This document shows positions 55,600 through 62,665 of a DNA stretch of 64,000 nt, piece by piece. The position numbers and the translations under genes were made by a program. The DNA is taken from positions 4,456 through 68,455 of the forward strand of contig JAZLLG010000033.1 of assembly GCA_045598045.1 (NCBI GenBank), given 5' to 3'. Source of the DNA: Lachnospiraceae bacterium. GTDB lineage: Bacteria > Bacillota > Clostridia > Lachnospirales > Lachnospiraceae. Positions within the stretch are counted from its first letter, which is position 1; every line of letters starts with the position of its first letter. The notes under the pieces are model-generated. The model worked only from the letters and a program-made list of their open reading frames with translations. It was not told where the DNA came from and ran no database searches.

Positions 55600-56097
55600 C
55601 TATCTTTCAATGCCCAATGAGCTTAAAACCTCACGCTGCATTCTTTCCATTTCTTCACGTTCTTCATCGTTTTCGTGGTCATATCCGAAAAGATGGAACA
55701 TACTGTGGCACACAAGAAAAAGCAACTCGCGCTTTTTTGAGTGTCCGTATTCTTTTGCCTGCTCTTCGACTTTGTCAACGGAGATGACAATATCACCGAG
55801 AAGAAGCTCTCCCGAATCAGGATTGCAAAGCTCGATTTCCTCATCTTCGGTAAAATCAAAGACTGCAGGCGTATCATAATCTATGAGCGGAAACGAAAGC
55901 ACATCTGTCGGCCTGTCAATGCCGCGTGCTTCTTTATTAAGCTCATGTATAACTTCATTGTCTGTAAGAAGTACGTTTACCTCTGCCTCATATGGGCATG
56001 AAACGTAGTCCAGACAGGCCTCGACCGTACGGATTATATCACTTTCGACCGGGAAGTCAAATTCATATTCGTTATCGGATTCAAAATTTACTGTCAT
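55600..56097 (-). CDS. ybeY: rRNA maturation endoribonuclease YbeY
   Basis: 165 aa with the zinc motif HSMFHLFGYDH. Confidence 0.9.
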   Translation of the reverse strand: MTVNFESDNEYEFDFPVESDIIRTVEACLDYVSCPYEAEVNVLLTDNEVIHELNKEARGIDRPTDVLSFPLIDYDTPAVFDFTEDEEIELCNPDSGELLLGDIVISVDKVEEQAKEYGHSKKRELLFLVCHSMFHLFGYDHENDEEREEMERMQREVLSSLGIER

Positions 56098-57476
56098 TTG
56101 TTCTCCAGTTTATTTATGGTTTCAACAAAGTATTCGCGAATGTAGTTACAGTCCTTAAGTGAAAGTCCCGAAGAATTAAATCTGCCCTGTGTAACCTCTT
56201 TCCCGATTACACTGTCAACAAGCTTTTCGGGAAATACCGTTCCGTTTGTGGATTTGATAAAGTAATAGGTGGTTACAACAGTATCCGCAATGATGATAAG
56301 AGCTGATTCGCAGGAGAACACCCCGTTTGCGGTGTGTTTAGCACATCCCTTAAGACATTCGATAAGTCTTTCGGGAAAATCGTTCTCTTTCGCAATGTTA
56401 ATAGTGTTTGTATAAACTTCACCGGCTTTGATTTTACCGATTTCATGATAAAGCGCTCCGGCTCTGACAAGATCGGAATCGACATTCGGAAGGCCGTCCG
56501 CACATTTCCCCGCAAGTCTAGAAACACGAAGTGAATGAAGATATGCAGTTCTTTTGCTTTCCTTAAGCTTAAGGATAAGCTCTGCAGATTCGTCACAATA
56601 CTGTTTAACCGACTCATCCGATACCGGAAGTTCATCAATGGCATTATTAAGAGCCTGCTCAATAACATCCGCAGAAGAATTACCGGAAGCAACCGGTCCT
56701 TCGCTGCCCTCGTAAGAAACATTGTTCGTTTCTTCTGCAACCTCATTAAGATACTTGAAACCTGCTGCTGATTCGATAATCGGTTCAGCAGGAACATTTG
56801 AAGGCAAAACGGAGCTTTCAAGTATATTGCCAAGGAATTTCTTCAAAAGGAAAGTAACAAAGACAATGATTAAAAATGTGATGATAAGGCTAAGTGAAAC
56901 CGTATTAAAAGAATCATGAATTATAAACTTGTTTAAAAGCAGTGAGCAAATAAGCGTAAGTGCTGCCATGGAAACCATGCAGTAAAGCATTGTGGAAAAG
57001 TCTTTAATAAACTTGACAAATACACAAAGTGCGCTTACGCAAACAACAGAAATGATAAGCCCCTTAAGAGTGTTGTTTTGAAGGTGTGCTGCCTGAAGAA
57101 CATAAAAATACGAAACAAACATTCCGAGATTAACGTCAACAAGAGCCGCAATGAGTACTCCGCCAAGCATCCAAAAAGGGAAATTAATGAAGTCCTCCGT
57201 GACAAGCAAAAGCAGCCCCGGGAACATATAAAGAATTGAGGCAGTAACAAGCTTGTGCGGGGTTGAAAAGACCTTCTTTGAAGAAGCGCCGGAATATGCA
57301 ATAATGACAATTCCGATAAAAACACTGGCAATAATGTATAAAGTGTTATATTTGACGACTCCGGAATTACGATAAACAAAGCTTACGATAACTGCCGAAA
57401 TGACTGCAACTATAACAGCAAAAATACTGAATCTTGTTATTAATAATTTATCTTGTTGTTCTCTTTCTTCCGGCAT
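56094..57476 (-). CDS. 7TM-HD membrane protein (PgpH/YqfF-like position; truncated and divergent HD domain)
   Basis: 460 aa with about 7 TM helices followed by an HD-like domain (LHSLRVSRLAGK ... GALYHEIGK). It lies between phoH and ybeY, as yqfF/pgpH does in Bacillus. It lacks the long N-terminal extracellular domain. Confidence 0.7.
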   Translation of the reverse strand: MPEEREQQDKLLITRFSIFAVIVAVISAVIVSFVYRNSGVVKYNTLYIIASVFIGIVIIAYSGASSKKVFSTPHKLVTASILYMFPGLLLLVTEDFINFPFWMLGGVLIAALVDVNLGMFVSYFYVLQAAHLQNNTLKGLIISVVCVSALCVFVKFIKDFSTMLYCMVSMAALTLICSLLLNKFIIHDSFNTVSLSLIITFLIIVFVTFLLKKFLGNILESSVLPSNVPAEPIIESAAGFKYLNEVAEETNNVSYEGSEGPVASGNSSADVIEQALNNAIDELPVSDESVKQYCDESAELILKLKESKRTAYLHSLRVSRLAGKCADGLPNVDSDLVRAGALYHEIGKIKAGEVYTNTINIAKENDFPERLIECLKGCAKHTANGVFSCESALIIIADTVVTTYYFIKSTNGTVFPEKLVDSVIGKEVTQGRFNSSGLSLKDCNYIREYFVETINKLENK

Positions 57477-58461
57477 TATTATTCTGATCCTTTACCTTTG
57501 ATTTTTCTTTATTTTCGTACTGCTCGTATGCATTAACAATCTTCTGAACAAGAGGATGTCTGACAACATCAAGGCTTGTCAGCTTTGCAATGCCGATCTC
57601 ATCGATTTTGCCAAGCACCTTCAATGCGGTGTCAAGACCTGATTCGGCACCTGCCGGAAGGTCTTTTTGCGTAATATCACCGGTGATGATGGCTTTGGAG
57701 CCAAAACCGATACGAGTCAGAAACATCTTCATTTGTGCAGGTGTAGTGTTTTGAGCTTCGTCAAGGATAATAAATGCATTATCCAAAGTACGACCTCTCA
57801 TGTATGCAAGAGGCGCAACTTCAATAAGTCCCTTTTCCATATTACGCTGGAATGTCTCCGCTCCCATTATCTGATAAAGAGCATCATAAAGCGGGCGCAA
57901 ATAAGGGTCAACCTTACTCTGAAGATCACCGGGAAGGAAACCCAGCTTCTCTCCGGCTTCTATTGCGGGTCTTGTGAGAATAATCCTTGAAACTTCATCG
58001 TTCTTGAAGGCTTTTATAGCCATTGCCATGGCAAGATACGTTTTTCCCGTACCTGCGGGACCTATTCCGAAAACAATCATTTTATTGCGGATAAGGTCAA
58101 CATACTCCTTCTGACCCATCGTTTTGGGCTTAATCGGTTTTCCCATGATGGTGTAGGCTATAATGTCCTTGTCTGCTTCGGAAACGGAAGCAAGACGATT
58201 TTCAAGAGCCATAGCGATGGAATAATTAACTGCCTGCTCTGAAAGCACACCGTTTTTTTCAAGATTTTCGCATAAACTTTGAATAAGGGACGAAACAACA
58301 GAAACATTAGACGGAGCACCGATTATCTTAAGCTCTCCGTCTCTGGCTATAAGCGAAATATTGAAATTTTTTTCAATGTTTTTAGCGTATTTATCAAGCT
58401 CTCCGAAAATCTCCTTAATCTCGGATGCTTCTAAATGAAGAATTTCTTCTACGGATTCCAT
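57448..58461 (-). CDS. phoH: PhoH-family ATPase
   Basis: 337 aa with Walker A GPAGTGKTYLAMA and Walker B FIILDEAQN. Confidence 0.9.
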   Translation of the reverse strand: MESVEEILHLEASEIKEIFGELDKYAKNIEKNFNISLIARDGELKIIGAPSNVSVVSSLIQSLCENLEKNGVLSEQAVNYSIAMALENRLASVSEADKDIIAYTIMGKPIKPKTMGQKEYVDLIRNKMIVFGIGPAGTGKTYLAMAMAIKAFKNDEVSRIILTRPAIEAGEKLGFLPGDLQSKVDPYLRPLYDALYQIMGAETFQRNMEKGLIEVAPLAYMRGRTLDNAFIILDEAQNTTPAQMKMFLTRIGFGSKAIITGDITQKDLPAGAESGLDTALKVLGKIDEIGIAKLTSLDVVRHPLVQKIVNAYEQYENKEKSKVKDQNNNAGRKRTTR

Positions 58462-59630
58462 TAGTTTCCTTTCGCAGGCTTAAGCATTTTGTGGTGATCT
58501 TCTTTTTCGTAGTAAAGCATCTCGTCTGCATGTTCGGTAAATGTATCCAAAGTTTCACCGAATTCATATTTTGCATAACCGATACTTAATGAAAGCTTGT
58601 ATTTTACGCCGGGAGCTTCATTTCTTTCTTTGACGGCAAGATTAATCTGGCGCTTAAACTCTTCTATTTCGTCGGCAAAGCGCGCTTTGAAAACAATGGC
58701 AAACTCGTCACCGCCGTACCTTGCAAGGAATGACCCACCAAGGCTCGCGCAAACTTTTTTAAGAATGTTTGAAACCTCAAGAAGAGCTTTATCGCCCTCG
58801 GCATGACCGAAGCGGTCGTTAATATCTTTAAAGTAGTCAATGTCGCAAATGATAAGGTAAAGCTTCAAAGGGCTTTTGGGCTCCTGCATTGCGGAAGTAA
58901 TGTAATGAAGGTACTGGCGCTTGTTGTTTAATCCCGTAAGGCCATCGGTGGAAACGTGTCCGACCTGAAAATCAAAGTAAACAAAAATCATTATTATGCT
59001 GAACGCCGGAGCCATGGAATGGAACGACTTTGCAAGCATGTTGATTATAAGGGCTGTTATCGGTATCGAAACAAAAAGCACGACCGTCTCAACGGAAAGA
59101 TCTGTTTTTGTTTCCGTGTCATATACGAATGCAACAAGAAGCTGTACTGCGGAAAAGCCAACAAAAACGTAAGGGAGAATGTAAAGGAAAACCGAAAGAT
59201 AGCCCGATTCGATCATATTCGTTTCGGGATTAACCTTGAAAAGAATCTCCGCAAAAGGACTTAATACAGTAAGCAAAAGAAGGATAACATAAGGAATGAT
59301 GAAACTCATTCTGTTATCACGATTATATATTTTTTTGGTTCTTGTAAATTCCGTGGAATAAAGGAACCATTGAAAGGACATGTTGAAAATGCAGCAAAGG
59401 TAAAGGACATAAACGACTTGAACGGCTACATAAGCAAAATTGCCTCTCTGCCCTTCAGTGACGGCACATAAAATGTCAAAAAAGCAGACACTGAAAATAC
59501 AACAAAGACACCTGATAAACGGAATATTGGAGTCTCTGTCTTCTTTATCACGGTATACACGGTAGATAACCCATCCCATAAGAATTATGGAGAACAGGTC
59601 CAACTCAATTCTGGCACTTACACCTAACAT
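58461..59630 (-). CDS. membrane-bound diguanylate cyclase (canonical GGDEF)
   Basis: It has about 6 N-terminal TM helices. The GGDEF domain carries an intact RYGGDEFAIVF (nt 58701-58715). I place the start at the ATG at 59630. The track start at 59639 is a GTG within the RBS-like GGTGAAGG. Confidence 0.85.
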   Translation of the reverse strand: MLGVSARIELDLFSIILMGWVIYRVYRDKEDRDSNIPFIRCLCCIFSVCFFDILCAVTEGQRGNFAYVAVQVVYVLYLCCIFNMSFQWFLYSTEFTRTKKIYNRDNRMSFIIPYVILLLLTVLSPFAEILFKVNPETNMIESGYLSVFLYILPYVFVGFSAVQLLVAFVYDTETKTDLSVETVVLFVSIPITALIINMLAKSFHSMAPAFSIIMIFVYFDFQVGHVSTDGLTGLNNKRQYLHYITSAMQEPKSPLKLYLIICDIDYFKDINDRFGHAEGDKALLEVSNILKKVCASLGGSFLARYGGDEFAIVFKARFADEIEEFKRQINLAVKERNEAPGVKYKLSLSIGYAKYEFGETLDTFTEHADEMLYYEKEDHHKMLKPAKGN

Positions 59631-59713
59631 AACCTTCACCTTTTCAGACCATATTTGATGTGATTATAGCATATTCATTCAAAAAAACAAATGTCAATAT
59701 AGAAAAATTGCAA

Positions 59714-59743
59714 GAAAAAAGAGGCTGCATATTTACAGCCTCT
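59714..59743 (-). terminator. rho-independent terminator after rpsU
   Basis: On the - strand the hairpin is agaggcug-uaaauaug-cagccucu, followed by U6. Confidence 0.7.
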
Positions 59744-59756
59744 TGAAAGCGTTTTA

Positions 59757-59933
59757 CTATTTATATTTGCGCTTACGAGCAGCTTCAGACTTTTTCTTAC
59801 GTCTTACGCTGGGCTTCTCATAATGCTCACGCTTACGAATCTCCTGCTGGATGCCTGCCTTAGCACAGTTTCTCTTGAATCTGCGAAGAGCGCTGTCCAG
59901 TGATTCATTTTCTTTTACGATAACATTTGACAT
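59757..59933 (-). CDS. rpsU: 30S ribosomal protein S21
   Basis: This gene is not in the ORF track because it is under 60 aa. My translation of the - strand gives [58 protein letters not shown] (58 aa), a typical S21 sequence. A GGAGGGAGGG RBS lies upstream. Confidence 0.9.
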   Translation of the reverse strand: MSNVIVKENESLDSALRRFKRNCAKAGIQQEIRKREHYEKPSVRRKKKSEAARKRKYK

Positions 59934-60001
59934 ATTCTTTATCCCTCCCTCCGGGTTGAAGGTAGTTGCTTATTAATCAATTTAAAACAAAGCACCTAAT
60001 G

Positions 60002-60029
60002 ATTATAACATAAAAATATCATTCGTCAA
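60002..60029 (-). promoter_or_regulatory. sigma-A type promoter for rpsU
   Basis: On the - strand: TTGACG (60024-60029), a 16-nt spacer, then TATAAT (60002-60007), preceded by TGt (extended -10). Confidence 0.6.
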
Positions 60030-60077
60030 CACAAAATTTGTTATAACTAAACTAAAGTGTACAAATTCCTCTATTGT

Positions 60078-62357
60078 TTATTGCATTTGTTTTTTTAAGA
60101 AAACAAATGCACCTGCTGCAAATATGGAAAGTGCCGAAATTAAAACACACAGTGCAATACCTGATTTATTAACGGAAGTATCTTCTTTATCCGTTTCCTC
60201 TGTTGAAATCTTGTTTAAGGAATCCCTATTTTCCGATGCAGATGCTTCCGAAGTGTTTCCCACACCAACTGTAAATGCAACATAGCATGATTCCGCATTT
60301 GTAAACACACCGTTCTCGGATCCGTTAAGATTTTTTATGTACGCTCCGTTCTTATCCACTGCACGAATTTGTACAACAGATAATTTACCTTTCTCAACCG
60401 CCAACGCTTCTTCCGGTATTTCAAGAGTTGCAAAACCATCATTAAGCTCAGCCTCGTAGATAAATTTACCGTTTACCTGAAAACTCAGTTTCTCAGCTCG
60501 GGAATCATCCGTTCCCGCACAAATAAACACTTTTTCCTTATTTTCGGGTGTATTAACAGTGTTCTTAACCTTTCCACCCGTTATTTCGTCAACTCCTTCT
60601 ACAGATTCCACCCATACAGATTCACATCCCACATAACCACCGAGCGAATTAATAAGCGTATCAAGACTGCAAAACTGGTCATCCAGCCAGGTTATTCGCT
60701 GTTCAATGAAGCTTCTTGTATATTTTTTCTGTGTATACGGACTCTTTCCGGCTAAACCACCGAGACTGTCAGTGTGCAGCCAACGTTTGTAATTAGCATC
60801 AAGTGCATTTTCAAGTTTTGCGGTTTCTTCATCAAACTGATTTAAAAGCGGCGCTATACAAGCATCATGCACCTCATGATAACGTTCGTAAAGCTTTGTA
60901 ACAAAATACGGATCTCGAATAAGAAGACGGTTAAACTGCTGAGTCTGGTAATAGTGCTCATTTGCGAACCAATCGTTTGTTGTCTGCCATTCTTTTGCAT
61001 AGGCAAAAGATCCGTTTCTGTTTCCTGCTGTGTCAATTCCGTACATGGAATTTCCGAAAGCCCAATCAAAATCCCAGGCCGGACCGAAAACGAGCTTTGA
61101 GTCGATGTCTTTGTACATGAAAAAACTGTTTTTCATAGAATCCCAGTTATCGGAAATTTCACATACAATAAAATTGTTTAGTGCTGAATCAAGATCAAGA
61201 AGATCTGTGTAATGCATTCCGTCAAAGCGTTCCGAAGTGTATGGAACACCTTTGTATTTCGTACCGGTTCTCACGCCTCTGTCATAATCATAAAAACCTT
61301 CTTTATCATTTTTATAATGCTTATCTTCGTTTCTGAACACAAAATCGGTAGAGTGAAGCGCATATTCCATTGACTGAACATAATCCATCATATATTCGGC
61401 CAAATCTTCAAAGATGCTTTCGGTTCTGTCCGGAGAACTCATATATATCGGGAGTTTGTAAGCGGTTTTCAGATTTGAACCATAATCGTTGTAAAAATCC
61501 ATTTCCAGCAGAACTCCGCCTGTAGGATCCGGAACATTACTGAAATCATAATAATCCGAAAGGCAAATCGGTTCGCCGCCAAGATATTCGGGTGTTATGC
61601 GATGAATATCGTCAACCGCCCAGAAATAATCGCTTTCAAGCTGTTCTTTAAGTTGTTCCTGTTTTACCGGATAATCATTTTCCCGAAGCCATCCGTTGTC
61701 AATATATGCCCGTATAACCGCATCGGATACATCGTCGGCAAGTTCCGACCAGTCGTATATGTCAACTCTCGAGCTTCCGATTCTGACTTGTTCGCATAAA
61801 TCATATAAGCCCATATATTCACCGTTTATGACAAGTGAAACAGGTTCTGATTTCATACCTTCCATCCCGAGATTCATTGAAAGATTCTGAAGAATTCTGT
61901 TTCTTACTCCGGTCAAATCAATGGCATTGGCCAGTAATACAAAATGTCTGCTGCTTCCCATGCCAAGAAGGTCCGACTTGGTTTCAAGTTTGATTTTATA
62001 AGGCTTTTTTGAAAGATTTGCAGTCGAATTGCCACGTACCTTTATATATGCACTTCCCTCATACAGCTCTCCTTCCGAATAACCTTTAGCATCAAGCTTC
62101 ATCTGAACCGGTGTATATCCTTTTTTCGAAATGATGGAATTATTTTCTGAAGTAAGTATATAAACAACCGGAATTCCTGATTTTTTTAGAATTTCCTTAG
62201 TATCATCATCAAGATCATCAAATAAATTTGTTGTTTTTACTTCATTTCCGGATACGTTATTGGAAGAAGTAAAAAAAATGACAGCAAATATTCCAATAAA
62301 ATAAACGCCAAGTGCAAATATGATTTTTTTTAAATTAATACATGAATGCTTTCTCAT
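60078..62357 (-). CDS. CotH-family (atypical kinase fold) surface protein with N-terminal signal/anchor and C-terminal TM anchor
   Basis: 759 aa. CotH-domain patterns are KKPYKIKL, RHFVLLANAIDLTGVRNR and NSFFMYKD..GPAWDFDWAFGN. The N-terminal hydrophobic segment is IIFALGVYFIGIFAVIFF. The C-terminal TM segment is GIALCVLISALSIFAAGAFVFL. Confidence 0.8.
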   Translation of the reverse strand: MRKHSCINLKKIIFALGVYFIGIFAVIFFTSSNNVSGNEVKTTNLFDDLDDDTKEILKKSGIPVVYILTSENNSIISKKGYTPVQMKLDAKGYSEGELYEGSAYIKVRGNSTANLSKKPYKIKLETKSDLLGMGSSRHFVLLANAIDLTGVRNRILQNLSMNLGMEGMKSEPVSLVINGEYMGLYDLCEQVRIGSSRVDIYDWSELADDVSDAVIRAYIDNGWLRENDYPVKQEQLKEQLESDYFWAVDDIHRITPEYLGGEPICLSDYYDFSNVPDPTGGVLLEMDFYNDYGSNLKTAYKLPIYMSSPDRTESIFEDLAEYMMDYVQSMEYALHSTDFVFRNEDKHYKNDKEGFYDYDRGVRTGTKYKGVPYTSERFDGMHYTDLLDLDSALNNFIVCEISDNWDSMKNSFFMYKDIDSKLVFGPAWDFDWAFGNSMYGIDTAGNRNGSFAYAKEWQTTNDWFANEHYYQTQQFNRLLIRDPYFVTKLYERYHEVHDACIAPLLNQFDEETAKLENALDANYKRWLHTDSLGGLAGKSPYTQKKYTRSFIEQRITWLDDQFCSLDTLINSLGGYVGCESVWVESVEGVDEITGGKVKNTVNTPENKEKVFICAGTDDSRAEKLSFQVNGKFIYEAELNDGFATLEIPEEALAVEKGKLSVVQIRAVDKNGAYIKNLNGSENGVFTNAESCYVAFTVGVGNTSEASASENRDSLNKISTEETDKEDTSVNKSGIALCVLISALSIFAAGAFVFLKKQMQ

Positions 62358-62590
62358 TTATCTTCCTCGGAACACTTTGATACAGCAGATTTCAAAATAT
62401 TATCATTAAAACATTTAATTCAGCTTGTTTTAAAACGATTATTTTAGTAATTTCTAAAACATTATTCTTTACTCTAAACCTTTAAAGTTAAAATACTACT
62501 TTTCTTACAGAAAATCAAGTCGGCAGGCCGGCTACTACCCGCTTGCGTGCGAAAACATTATCGAGAGAGCATGCTTCTCACTATTCGCAC

Positions 62591-62627
62591 AAAAAATCGG
62601 CTATAAGAATAACCTATAGCCGATTTT
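62591..62627 (-). terminator. rho-independent terminator after the aconitase-family gene
   Basis: On the - strand the hairpin is aucggcuaua-gguuauucu-uauagccgau, a 10-bp stem. It is followed by U6. Confidence 0.75.
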
Positions 62628-62665
62628 ATCAATTATTGATTTCCTTTGCAGAAAAGCATTACTAA

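Noticed and set aside
62324-62331. A8/T8 homopolymer tracts in the first codons of cotH (62324-62331) and of the flippase gene (55570-55577), considered as possible slipped-strand phase-variation switches.
   Set aside because: Eight-nucleotide A/T runs are common in this AT-rich genome. Similar runs occur at 14876-14883, 40910-40917 and 45832-45839, and here they encode Lys-Lys. There is no evidence of length variation from a single sequence.
62519-62592. Calling the GC-rich island a c-di-GMP riboswitch.
   Set aside because: There are only short, out-of-order resemblances to GEMM cores as I remember them, and the characteristic GGCAAAC...ACGCAAAGC arrangement is absent. It is kept as an unexplained structured element, not as a riboswitch call.
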